A stretch of DNA of 24,280 nt from a virus (Duplodnaviria > Caudoviricetes). The first letter of the stretch is position 1; each line of letters begins with the position of its first letter. The position numbers were made by a program, and so were the translations under genes. The notes below the pieces were generated by a model that was not told the DNA's origin, ran no database searches, and saw only the letters and a list, made by a program, of their open reading frames with translations. The stretch covers positions 1-24,280 of IMG/VR virus record IMGVR_UViG_3300034993_000055; one strand, written 5' to 3'. Positions 7,403 to 16,395 of the stretch are shown here, piece after piece.

Positions 7403-8049
7403 CAAGCCACCTCCAGTAACGGCAATTGCCATTGCGCTTGCTCAATACGCCGTTGAGCGATGGCGAAATACTCAGGTGAGATTTCGCATCCTATAAAGTT
7501 GCGCCCTGTTTTCACCGCTGCGACTCCCGTCGTACCGCTGCCCATAAACGGGTCAAAGATGGTATCGCCTGGTTGGGTGTAGTTTTCGATGCACCATTTC
7601 ATAAGTGATAGCGGCTTCTGCGTTGGATGTTCTTTGTCATTTGATTGTCCCTGCAAGCTCAAGTCCCGAAAGCAATAAACGCCGCAACCGCCCTTGCGCC
7701 ATGCTAGATCGGCGTCACTCAGAAACGAACCCAATCCCGTATCGTATCGCTTGAGCCATACCAAGACTGACCCCGTTGGTAATTTGTCCGAAAAGTGATG
7801 AAATCCCCACAGGATCACCTTGTCGAAATGCAGAAATGGCGTCGGGTCAAATGGCCTATCATCGTTAGCTATCGTCACGCCAAAATGCCGCGTTGGAACA
7901 TCTTTGGTAGTTCCATGCCTGCTATCACTTGGCCCGCGCACCACTCGACCATCCCATCCCATCCCGTAAGGTGGATCGGTAATCACAGCGTCAATCCCCG
8001 TCAAGGTTGGCAGGATGTCCAGACAATCATTCAGATGGAGCGTTACCAT
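7402..8049 (-). CDS. DNA amino-methyltransferase (N6-A/N4-C, beta class)
   Basis: DAVITDPPY catalytic motif, HPTQKP, then DPFMGSGTTG SAM-binding motif. Confidence 0.95.
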   Translation of the reverse strand: MVTLHLNDCLDILPTLTGIDAVITDPPYGMGWDGRVVRGPSDSRHGTTKDVPTRHFGVTIANDDRPFDPTPFLHFDKVILWGFHHFSDKLPTGSVLVWLKRYDTGLGSFLSDADLAWRKGGCGVYCFRDLSLQGQSNDKEHPTQKPLSLMKWCIENYTQPGDTIFDPFMGSGTTGVAAVKTGRNFIGCEISPEYFAIAQRRIEQAQWQLPLLEVA

Positions 8050-9433
8050 TCACCCCCGCACCGTTCTGCGTAGCACCATTCTGGTCGAAGTTCCTTTGCG
8101 CGTTGGTCAAGGCCGTCGCCAAACTCTGTTGCTGTCCCGTCGTCTCCTCCTGCCGCGCATCTTCGAGGTCGGCTAACTCCTGCTCCGTGTAGCCCTCCTG
8201 CTCCATCTGCCACATCAGCGGGATGCCCGCGGCTACGCTCTCTTTGCGAATGAGCGCCTGCGTATAGGGCTGTACGGTTTCCGGCTCCTCAAAGACGGGG
8301 ATAATGGCATCGTCGGCAATGACGCCCATGCCCGCCACCATCATCATAAATTGGGCCAGCTCTGACCATGTCGCCGTCCAGCGCGTGATGTACTTTTGCG
8401 CCTTGTGGTTTAAGGGCGCTTCCATTGCGATCAGTGCCTCGCCGGATGGGTCGCCGCCCTGCCCAAAGAAATAGTGCTTTGGCGTGCGGCTGATGATGGC
8501 GATGGCCGTCGTCCACTTGTCAATCGCCTCTAGATAGTTGCCCAGTTCGGTAGAGGCAAACTGCCCGACGGCCGTCGGCTGCCCCTCACCGTCGGAGCCG
8601 GGAATGTCCCAAATCAGGTTGGGCGCGTTCTTGAACTTGCCTGGGCTGGCCTGCGAGATAATGTAACGCTGCGGAAATGCGCCGTATTCGGCGGCAATCA
8701 TCATGTCGGAGAGCAACTTGTTAATGGCGTTCTGTGGCTCAATGACATTGGCAAGCTCGGAGGTAATGACGCGGCGCTCTCGCTTGAAGTGAAAGACAGG
8801 AATCGTAGCGTAGGGGTTGCGCTCAATATCGGTGATGACAAAGGATTTGCCGTTGCTCACTTCGTTGACAAAGGCGGTGGGCACGCTGGAATCAGAGCGC
8901 ACCATGTTGGTTGAGCGGTAGTATTCGAGGCGGTCTGGATAGTAGAGCGTGAGCAGCCGATGGCCGTCATCACCTATCCACCACTTGCAGGCAAAGCGTT
9001 TACGGCGCGGCTGGTCGGCCTCGTAAAAAAGATGCACGTTGCGAGAATCGTTGTAGTAGGCTTCCGGCTGCCCTGACTCCTCATCCGGCCAGGCAATCAC
9101 GTAGGATTCGCCTGTGACTAAAGCGGCCAAATGCACATCCTCAGATTCAAGCACAAGCTCGGAGGAGTTCATGAGCGTGGCAAGGTTGTCTGAGGCCGCG
9201 TCATCATCCGCCACGCGGATGCGCTGCAACTGGATGCGGTCTAGCACACTGTCCACCACGACCGCGCTCCAATTCTGCGTCCAGCGTGATCGGATGTCAT
9301 TGAATAGGTCGGTTAGCCCATCGGTGGCATAGATGAGCGGCTGGATGCCCTGGTAGTAGTTCCACATGCGCGTATAACGCGGCGTCTTGTATAAAAGCGT
9401 TTGTACCGCTAACTCTAGGTCTTCAGCCATCAT
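8027..9433 (-). CDS. Portal protein (SPP1 gp6-like)
   Basis: 468 aa after terL; NYYQGIQP, NWSAVVVD, YGAFPQRY, TPKHYF and SGEAL motifs. Confidence 0.93.
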   Translation of the reverse strand: MMAEDLELAVQTLLYKTPRYTRMWNYYQGIQPLIYATDGLTDLFNDIRSRWTQNWSAVVVDSVLDRIQLQRIRVADDDAASDNLATLMNSSELVLESEDVHLAALVTGESYVIAWPDEESGQPEAYYNDSRNVHLFYEADQPRRKRFACKWWIGDDGHRLLTLYYPDRLEYYRSTNMVRSDSSVPTAFVNEVSNGKSFVITDIERNPYATIPVFHFKRERRVITSELANVIEPQNAINKLLSDMMIAAEYGAFPQRYIISQASPGKFKNAPNLIWDIPGSDGEGQPTAVGQFASTELGNYLEAIDKWTTAIAIISRTPKHYFFGQGGDPSGEALIAMEAPLNHKAQKYITRWTATWSELAQFMMMVAGMGVIADDAIIPVFEEPETVQPYTQALIRKESVAAGIPLMWQMEQEGYTEQELADLEDARQEETTGQQQSLATALTNAQRNFDQNGATQNGAGVNGNAPSE

Positions 9434-9692
9434 TCACCTTCTCTAACCAGAATGTCGTGCCCTTTTCTCGCCAAGAGGTGTCAAATTTTATTGCGTTTTC
9501 AGCAGTCACGAGATGAAAGCTAAGCAGGCGATCTTCTGGACTATCCTCATAGACCGCTAAAAAACTGCCGTCATCAAACCCGAAATCAAACGAGCTATCT
9601 CCTCTATCAAAGAAATGCACGGAAATAATTCGCTTGCCGAGTACCAAATCAACAAAACGTTTTGTGAAGGATTGAGCGTCCTTTTCTGTCAT
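9423..9692 (-). CDS. Hypothetical protein between terL and portal (AT-richer)
   Basis: 89 aa, ATGA-coupled to the terL stop; no recognised motif. Confidence 0.6.
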   Translation of the reverse strand: MTEKDAQSFTKRFVDLVLGKRIISVHFFDRGDSSFDFGFDDGSFLAVYEDSPEDRLLSFHLVTAENAIKFDTSWREKGTTFWLEKVNDG

Positions 9693-11066
9693 CCCTGGTA
9701 TGCGCCTCCTGTGCGCCGCACGCTCGCTGGCGTCAGTTCGTTAAATGCGCCGCTAGACGCATCCATAATGTCATCATGCGCCAGATCGGGCTGCCCGTGC
9801 ATATGTGTGAGCCAGCGCCCATTCCATGCGCCGCGCAACAACTTAACGTTGCCTGCCAGAGCTTGCGCCGATAATGCCCTGGCGCGTGTCAACTTATCGC
9901 CTTGCGGTCTAACCCCACGCGCATCATAGCCCGCTAGTTTGGTGGCAAGATAGCGATTGTCGCGCTTGCCGCTTGCACCGCCCTCCATCTCCCACCGCAC
10001 CGCGACGGATTTGCCGTCTTGAGAAGCGGTATTGAGCAGTAGATCATCAATAGCCGCTGGGCCTTCGCGCTCCTCGATACAGTCCAGCACATAATAAAGG
10101 TCGCCCACCCGTCGCATTAGCACCCCTGCCGTATAGTCTGGGTCATCTTTGGCGAGTTTCTTTTCGCTGGCTGCCAAGTCCCAAAAGCGCACATCTGTCC
10201 CACCTGTCGGCACTGCATCAACAACCGTGAACCAACTACGATTGAATACTTTGCCTGCTGTCGGTTTGACCAGCCAGTTTCCCCCGCGCTCTGGATCGCC
10301 GAGCAAACGTTCGCGCTCCACCAGCGGCAGCGCCATTAAGTTCGCCAGATATTCTGGATTTTGTTGTAACAAAATTCGATTGTCGTAGACGCTTGATTTG
10401 ATAAAAGTAAACGATTTCGGTTCGAGTGCCGGATAGCTTTCGCGTGACTCCTCCGGCGTTTCCGCCCAATGCAAAGTGTCATCAGCGACGACAAACCAGC
10501 GCAGCACTCCACATCGTTCAGGGATAGCCCACCCATCTTTATCGATATACCAGCCAACAAACTCATGAATCCAGCCGCCCGTCTCATCCTCTGGTGGCAC
10601 AGGGTTCATGGTGGCACGAATATAGGGACGCACGCCCGACATTGAACGCGAGCGGCTAAACATATACATAAACTGCACACGCTCAAAGTGCGGGAGTTCG
10701 TCCCATCCCATAAAGGCGAGGCCCGAACCCTGCCAATCAAAGCGATTCTTGGCGTGCTGCATATGGGCAAACTCTATTTTGGCTCCGCTTGCAAACTGCC
10801 ATGATAAATCGGCCTGATTGCTTTTCCCATGTAGAAGCGAATAGAGCTTTTCGGCGGTATCCCACAGCCCTTCTGGATTCGTAATTTGTGGATAAGTGCG
10901 CCGGAAAATCACAGCGCGGAAATCCCGATTGTGAATGTGTCTCAACGGCTCAAGCAAAAGCGAGTAACTTTTGCTAACCGCCCCCAGCGGCCCCGCCATA
11001 GAAAACAACGTCTGCCGAACTAGCCAGAAATTGTTCCTGGGGGCCTCGCTGGGGGCAAATCTCCAT
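9689..11066 (-). CDS. terL: Terminase large subunit, interrupted by a stop plus frameshift (4-nt insertion) in Walker A
   Basis: ATG 11066 reads MEICPQRGPQEQFLASSADVVFYGGAAGGG then TAG (10976-10974), C, and KSYSLLLEPLRH resumes at 10972. Downstream motifs are intact: AVIFRRT, Walker B FMGWDE, RATMNP, nuclease RFWDLAAS..DYTAG..HDDIMDA. Confidence 0.92.
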
Positions 11067-11071
11067 TACGT

Positions 11072-11758
11072 TTAATGCGTTAGCCATCTTGCCGGAAAAT
11101 TCCCATCTTTGTACTGACCATTCCTGCCCGTTGTTTCAGCATAGGGCTTAATACCGTGCTCCTTGCGCGCCCTGGCAATAACCGTTTTGGCTACGCCGAT
11201 TTCATTGCCCAAAACGTAATCAGGAGCTTGCCCTAAGCGCGCCACAATATGATCTGGCAATTCAATACGATTGTGCCCCGCCATTGGTGGAGGCGGTGTG
11301 TTTCGTGTCCTATCGAAAGATGCCGGAATACCCAACTTCTCTCGACGATACGTAACAGTCTTTCGGGTTGTCCCAATCTTTTCAGCAATTATTGAATCGG
11401 CGATTGTGCCAAGAAGTGCATCCAATTCATCTGTCCATGCAACTATCTTTTTGGGATGTTCGCAACCACCTCTGCCAATGCCATCGTTCACTAGATCGCA
11501 GCCTTCGGCCATCAACTTAAGCGTCCAATCAATTTCGGCAGCTTTTCCCATTCCTTCGGGAACTTCATCAACCAAAACGATTAGCGGTCGCAATCCCAAC
11601 GCAAGTAACTCCCGAACCCAAGCGACGCGCTTGTTGGTCTTTTTCCTGGCATCATTTACATGTTGCCGTAGCCGTTGCGCTAGTGACTGAACAGTACGTC
11701 CTACATATTTTCGTTCGCCTGTTCGTGGATCAAGTAGGGTATATATCTTTGTTTTCAT
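11072..11758 (-). CDS. Free-standing GIY-YIG endonuclease with two C-terminal HTH-like repeats (putative homing endonuclease)
   Basis: KIYTLLDPRTGERKYVGRT..RLRQH..E..W..LVN core. Repeats LLGTIADSIIAEKIGTTRKTVTYRREKLGI and RLGQAPDYVLGNEIGVAKTVIARARKEHGI. Confidence 0.88.
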   Translation of the reverse strand: MKTKIYTLLDPRTGERKYVGRTVQSLAQRLRQHVNDARKKTNKRVAWVRELLALGLRPLIVLVDEVPEGMGKAAEIDWTLKLMAEGCDLVNDGIGRGGCEHPKKIVAWTDELDALLGTIADSIIAEKIGTTRKTVTYRREKLGIPASFDRTRNTPPPPMAGHNRIELPDHIVARLGQAPDYVLGNEIGVAKTVIARARKEHGIKPYAETTGRNGQYKDGNFPARWLTH

Positions 11759-11764
11759 GCCTTC

Positions 11765-11773
11765 ATTATAGCA
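11765..11773 (-). promoter_or_regulatory. Extended -10 promoter, probably giving a leaderless GIY-YIG mRNA
   Basis: TGCTATAAT followed by 6 nt (GAAGGC), then ATG at 11758. Confidence 0.65.
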
Positions 11774-11809
11774 TGTTTTGGGTATATCTCCTACTGAACC
11801 CCCATAGAA

Positions 11810-12175
11810 CTAGGTGTCCCGATCATTTCTGCCGTTGTCGGGCAATACCACAATCACTTGTAACGGTGTTCCCTCTGCACCTGTTACCTCGACGCCCGTC
11901 GTATAGCCGCGCTTCTTGCCGCGCGTGGAGAGCAAAAACTTAATCATGCCGTCGTCGCCATCCATTACTTTTTGCACCAGTTTCAACTCGCCGATGTCGA
12001 GGATCTTCTCCCGCTCATGGTCGATACACTCTTGCACCGATTTGTAGCGGCGCGCATAGGCATGGATGGTATCGGCATGGCAGCCCATACGGTCAGCTGC
12101 AAGGTAGACCATGCCTTTGGTTTCCTTGAGCGCGGTGATGATTTGCTCCGCCGTATACTTGAGTGGTCTTGTCAT
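11810..12175 (-). CDS. terS: Terminase small subunit (HTH)
   Basis: KYTAEQIITALKETKGMVYLAADRMGCHADTI HTH, IKFLLSTRGKKRGY and VEVTGAEGTPL..VVLPDNGR tail typical of TerS. The ORF track uses the alternative TTG start at 12181. Confidence 0.8.
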   Translation of the reverse strand: MTRPLKYTAEQIITALKETKGMVYLAADRMGCHADTIHAYARRYKSVQECIDHEREKILDIGELKLVQKVMDGDDGMIKFLLSTRGKKRGYTTGVEVTGAEGTPLQVIVVLPDNGRNDRDT

Positions 12176-12196
12176 AGGCAATCGCGAATAACCGAT

Positions 12197-13417
12197 TTAA
12201 GCCGGTTCTGGTACAGCCGCTTCGACCAGCTCAGGCGTCTTACCTGTTACCGTTGCCCATCGCTCAAGAGCAACGGCCACATAGCCGGCATTGATCTCGA
12301 TGGCGAAGCAGCGACGCTGTAAATTCTCGGCAGCAATGAGCGTAGTGCCGGAACCGAGGAACGGCTCATAGACATCGCCTTCGTGGTTGCGGATTGGGCG
12401 CGCCATACATTCCAGCGGCTTTTGCGTGCTGTGGCCGCCCTCTACATTTTTATCCAGGTTGATCTCCCAAACGGTGCTGGCGTTGAAGTCCCCAATCCAA
12501 TGCGCCGTGCGTCCCTTCTTGACGGCGTACCAACAGGGCTCATGCTGGTAGGTGTAATGGCCTCGGCTGATCGGGAAGTTCGATTTGCGCCACATAATCT
12601 GGTTGCGAATTTGAAAGCCACTAGCCTGTAACGCAGACCCCGTGAGAATCACGTGGTCGCCTGGCGGCGACCACGTATAGGCCACGTCACCAGGGAATAG
12701 CCGCCACGCATCCGACCAATCTACGCGGTCATCATTCTCGACCTCGCCTACGCGGCGAGCCGCGTAGGCGAGGTGTCCTGCCGCGGCTGCCTCGTTACGC
12801 CAGGCCGGATCATAGCCCACGCCGTAAGGCGGGTCTGTTACCATGAGCGCCGGAACCTCACCCTGCAAGAGCCTCGCCACCACCGCCGCGTCGGTACAGT
12901 CGCCGCAGATGAGGCGGTGATCTCCCAACGCCCACAGGTCGCCCGAATTGACACCCCACTTCTGCCTAAGCTCCTCGGCCCTGTCAATCTGTGCAGGCGC
13001 ATCCACGACCGTAGGCGGATTGACCAGCCTAAGCAATTGCTCAAGCTCCTGCGCCGAGTAGCCCGCCGCCTCGACCAGCACAGGCTCCCGCGCTTGCAAC
13101 TCCTCAAGGATTGCCGCAAGCTGCGCCTGGTCAGGGTCGGACTGGCGCGCCAGTTCGTTGTCGGCCACGACGTAGGCCAATGCTTGCGCCTCCGTGAGCT
13201 GGTCTTGCACGTCGGCGCGGATAGTCTCCCACCCCAGAGAACGTGCCGCCAAGACGACGCCATGCCCCGCCAGGATGGTGTTGTTGCGCACGACGATTGA
13301 CCTGACTTGGCCGAAGGTTTCGAGGCTCTTGGCGATGCGTGCGATTTGGGCGTCGCTATGCTGGTTATAGTTGCGAGCGTGTGGTTGCAATTCTGCCAAC
13401 GGAATATCTTTGGTCAT
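12197..13417 (-). CDS. ParB-like N-terminal domain fused to a DNA amino-methyltransferase
   Basis: LQPHARNYNQH..ILAGHG..ADN ParB/Srx domain; GDLWALGDHRLICGD, TDPPY, HSTQKP and EPFLGSGTT motifs. Start at ATG 13417 (ATGA overlap). Confidence 0.93.
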   Translation of the reverse strand: MTKDIPLAELQPHARNYNQHSDAQIARIAKSLETFGQVRSIVVRNNTILAGHGVVLAARSLGWETIRADVQDQLTEAQALAYVVADNELARQSDPDQAQLAAILEELQAREPVLVEAAGYSAQELEQLLRLVNPPTVVDAPAQIDRAEELRQKWGVNSGDLWALGDHRLICGDCTDAAVVARLLQGEVPALMVTDPPYGVGYDPAWRNEAAAAGHLAYAARRVGEVENDDRVDWSDAWRLFPGDVAYTWSPPGDHVILTGSALQASGFQIRNQIMWRKSNFPISRGHYTYQHEPCWYAVKKGRTAHWIGDFNASTVWEINLDKNVEGGHSTQKPLECMARPIRNHEGDVYEPFLGSGTTLIAAENLQRRCFAIEINAGYVAVALERWATVTGKTPELVEAAVPEPA

Positions 13418-13740
13418 ACCACCGCCAAACTTCCCTCGATAAACCAGTCGCACCTGAACGTCTTAGCCGGCGTCTGCCCTGCTCCATACTCGGCTACAAA
13501 TTGCACTTGCAGATTGCCGCTATCCGCCACATCCGCAGCAGACAAGTCCCAGCGAAAGACACCGCCTGTGGCATCGGTGACGGTGAGTGTGCCGCTAATC
13601 GCACGCGTGACGCCAATGACCTGGATGTAGCCGCTCAGGGTCGCGCCCGTTAAATCTACCGGCGAACCATCCGCTTGCAGCCAACTCAGTAGGATGGAGG
13701 GGCGCAAAGCTCCAGCAATCCAATTGGGTAGTGATGACAT
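13414..13740 (-). CDS. BppU N-terminal-like Ig-fold virion protein
   Basis: DGSPVDLTGAT..VTDATGGVFRWDLSAADV..G..QF pattern of BppU-like fibre-attachment domains. Confidence 0.65.
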   Translation of the reverse strand: MSSLPNWIAGALRPSILLSWLQADGSPVDLTGATLSGYIQVIGVTRAISGTLTVTDATGGVFRWDLSAADVADSGNLQVQFVAEYGAGQTPAKTFRCDWFIEGSLAVV

Positions 13741-13742
13741 GG

Positions 13743-14138
13743 CTAGGCGTTCGCATCCGAAATTGAAAATGCGCTGATGGTAAAGCTCTGACCGACCGAA
13801 AAAGTCACGCTGTCCAAAATCATGTCAGCCGCCGATGTGCCACAACTGCCCTGCGCGTGCGTAGTGGCTCCCGCCTTGATACGGAAATGGCCTGCCGTCC
13901 CAGCGCCATCAGCACTTGGATCGCTCCAAACACCCGCTTTGGCCTTGCTGCCCCCACTCGCCGCCGCCATCCAGTCGCTTGGCAAAGAGAGCGAAGCGAG
14001 CAAAGTCCCCGAATCAGCCGCCGCACAATTGGCGGGTTGCGCCCCTGTCCTGATTTCAAGCGTCGGGGATGCGCCGATGACGGTCTCGATGGCATCTAAA
14101 CGTGCATCCCTTACACTCCCTGATAATTGCAAACTCAT
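13743..14138 (-). CDS. Conserved phage structural / fibre-associated protein
   Basis: 131 aa, Ala/Gly/Ser-rich: RDARLDAI..LEIRTGAQPA..GTLLA..ADGAGTAGHFRI..QGSCG; AAGGAG RBS. Confidence 0.65.
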   Translation of the reverse strand: MSLQLSGSVRDARLDAIETVIGASPTLEIRTGAQPANCAAADSGTLLASLSLPSDWMAAASGGSKAKAGVWSDPSADGAGTAGHFRIKAGATTHAQGSCGTSAADMILDSVTFSVGQSFTISAFSISDANA

Positions 14139-14150
14139 AGTTGACTCCTT

Positions 14151-16382
14151 CTATGAAACAATTGCGACCGCAGATGGGCCGTAGACCGTGCCCGTTTTGA
14201 CGGCAAAGGTTAAGGGTGATTCGCTGGCGACCAGCGTCGCCTCGCCTAGCGTTATTGACAGAGAGCCGCTGATGGCGGTGGCGACCAGCGTGCCCGTTGC
14301 AGCCAGCGTAGCCGCCCCTAGCGTCACGTTAACCGCCCCGCTTGCCCCTGATACCAGCGACCCCGTTGCGGCAAGCGTAGCCGCCCCCAGCGTGACGTTA
14401 GCGGTCGCCGTGATAGCAGCCCCGACCAACGTGCCTGTGGCGGCCAGCGTCGCCGGGGCAAGCGTAGCGTTGAGCGTGCCGTAACTGGTGGGCATCGCCA
14501 CAATAGGTTCTGGTGGTAGCGGGTAGGTGCCGCTGTCCCGCAACGTCGCCGCCCCGCCCAAGCTGCCGCTACAATAGTTGACCAGCACCGTTCCCGTTGG
14601 CGTGCTGGTCAACGTGATATTGACCTTGTTTGTGCCGTTGGCCGCTGTGCTGGTGATGGGCGCATTGGCCCCGTCATTCGTGACAATCCAACCCTCTTTG
14701 TCGCCGGCGTTGGCGAGTGACCCCTGCCCGCCTGTAAAGGTGACGGTGATGACGGTTCCTATGCGGGATGCACTGACTGCCTTTGGCCCGCGTGGCACTT
14801 CGCTGCCAGCAAAGTAGTGATAGAGGATCGTGCGCCACCAACGGTTTGTGAGCGTCGTCGCCTCGGTGTTGGTCGTCCAGTGCAAGCCGTCCACAAAATC
14901 CTGGTCGTGCGCCGTTGGCCCTGCCAGGATGTCGGCGTCATTGTCCCAACGGTTGATGATGGCAGAGCGAATGGCGTTGACATTCTCGTCGGTTGCCCCG
15001 GGTGAGTAGGAGCCAATACAGGCGGCGACTAGCTTCACCCCCGCCAATTGTGACTTGGCCGCTTGCATGTTGTCGAGCATCAGCGACAAGGCCGTCTGGT
15101 AATCGCTCTGCGTTGCCCCTTGCGCCGCGTCCCGCTCCCCCTGATACCACAAGATCGCCTTGACCGCATTGACGCCACTGTCCGTGACTTGCTGCAGGCA
15201 GTTGTTGTACTGCAAGCCACCCGCCGACCAGTCGGGGTCTACTGCCGTTAAGCCTGTCCCGCCCTCGGCTGTCGTGATAAAGGCCACAGGGTAGCCCGTT
15301 TGCGCCATGAGGTAGGTCGCCAGTTTCGGCCACACGCTGCCGTTGATACTGCCCGATTCGGAAGGGTCAATCAGTTCACGCCACACATCCAACTCATCAA
15401 AGACGGTGGCCTTGAGACTGCCATGCGAATAGACCTGCGGGTTGTCAAAGCGTCCCGCAGCGTTGGATTGCCCTGCCACCAAAAAGACATCCCCGATGCT
15501 CACAAAGGTCTTGGAGGCGTTGATGGCAGTGTCGTTGGTGTAACGCACTGTCAGCGTGCCTTGCCCCGCTGCTTGGTTAGTGAGCGTGCCGCTAAACGTG
15601 CCACCCGCAGGAGAGGCGACAATGGTCTGGTATGACCCGCCGTTGAAGGATGCCTCGATAGAGGTGGGCGTGCCACCGTAGAGGCCACTGATGGCAATGT
15701 CGGCCAGATTGCTGCCGTTGCGCTGATAGGTCTGGTAATTGCCTGGTGTGTTAAGGACGAGGCCCGTCGCCGTGTCGCCGTCGCCCTCTGACCCCGCCGC
15801 AAACCAGTTGTTGATCTCGGTGACGGTGAGAGCCGAGTCAAACTCGATGACACGGTACATCTCGCAGTTGACATAGGAGGCTGCGCCCGTGCCAGCGATG
15901 GAAATGCGCGCCGTTGCCGTTTCGGTGACAGCCCCGCTATCGGCAATCGTGGTCAGAGAGCCGCCGTCCGTACCTACATAGCCGACGGTCGTGACCCCGT
16001 TAAAGACGGCGGCGATAAAGGTCTTGTTGGTGGTGTCAAAGGTGTACGCCCCGGCCGTCGTCGCCCGCCGCGTGCCGATGCGCAGGTTCAGCCCCTGCGT
16101 GCTATTGGTACTGAGGGTATCGCTGGATGCGCCGCCAACGCTGTGGTTGCACATAAATCTAAGGCTGGTGTAGGTGGCGGCGGTCGCCTTCATCCACAGG
16201 ATCCAGGTGCGGCTGCCGGTCGGGCGCGTGTAGGCGGCATTGGTTGCGCTCTGGCTTGTGCCGTTAAAGCTGTAGCCTGTGCCGCCCCCCACCGTTGGCG
16301 GCGAACCCACCGGCGTCAGCGTCAGCCCGCCCACACTGTCGGTGAAATCCCCGTTTAGTTTCCAGTCGTGAATTTTGGTCAT
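14151..16382 (-). CDS. Multidomain fibre-like protein: LamG/ConA-like lectin domain + SGNH (SASA / sialate O-acetylesterase-type) esterase + Ig-like domain + C-terminal repeats
   Basis: VFLVAGQSNA (catalytic Ser), ILWYQGERD and DGLH motifs. N-terminal WKLNGDFTDSVGG..YSFNG..FDSALTVTEI LamG-like pattern. Start taken at ATG 16382. Confidence 0.85.
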   Translation of the reverse strand: MTKIHDWKLNGDFTDSVGGLTLTPVGSPPTVGGGTGYSFNGTSQSATNAAYTRPTGSRTWILWMKATAATYTSLRFMCNHSVGGASSDTLSTNSTQGLNLRIGTRRATTAGAYTFDTTNKTFIAAVFNGVTTVGYVGTDGGSLTTIADSGAVTETATARISIAGTGAASYVNCEMYRVIEFDSALTVTEINNWFAAGSEGDGDTATGLVLNTPGNYQTYQRNGSNLADIAISGLYGGTPTSIEASFNGGSYQTIVASPAGGTFSGTLTNQAAGQGTLTVRYTNDTAINASKTFVSIGDVFLVAGQSNAAGRFDNPQVYSHGSLKATVFDELDVWRELIDPSESGSINGSVWPKLATYLMAQTGYPVAFITTAEGGTGLTAVDPDWSAGGLQYNNCLQQVTDSGVNAVKAILWYQGERDAAQGATQSDYQTALSLMLDNMQAAKSQLAGVKLVAACIGSYSPGATDENVNAIRSAIINRWDNDADILAGPTAHDQDFVDGLHWTTNTEATTLTNRWWRTILYHYFAGSEVPRGPKAVSASRIGTVITVTFTGGQGSLANAGDKEGWIVTNDGANAPITSTAANGTNKVNITLTSTPTGTVLVNYCSGSLGGAATLRDSGTYPLPPEPIVAMPTSYGTLNATLAPATLAATGTLVGAAITATANVTLGAATLAATGSLVSGASGAVNVTLGAATLAATGTLVATAISGSLSITLGEATLVASESPLTFAVKTGTVYGPSAVAIVS
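14221..14480 (-). repeat. Four degenerate coding repeats (TL-G/A-x-ATL-A/V-A-T/S, about 23-25 aa period)
   Basis: ATLAPATLAATGTLV / VTLGAATLAATGSLV / VTLGAATLAATGTLV / ITLGEATLVASES. On + DNA: recurring AGCGT(A/C)GCC..AGCGT. Confidence 0.8.
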
Positions 16383-16395
16383 AAATACGCCCGAA

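Noticed and set aside
11072-11809. Group I intron or intein housing the GIY-YIG ORF
   Set aside because: Flanks are only 51 nt and 5 nt, too short for a ribozyme core. The ORF has its own start and stop and no intein terminal residues.
10974-11812. Genome-wide amber (TAG) reassignment explaining the terL stop and a terS-nuclease fusion
   Set aside because: TAG ends several full-length genes normally (capsid, scaffold, chaperone extension), and reading through the terL TAG leaves the wrong frame.
14221-14480. CRISPR array or diversity-generating retroelement repeat
   Set aside because: The repeats are degenerate in-frame protein repeats; no cas or reverse transcriptase gene and no adenine-specific TR/VR pair seen.
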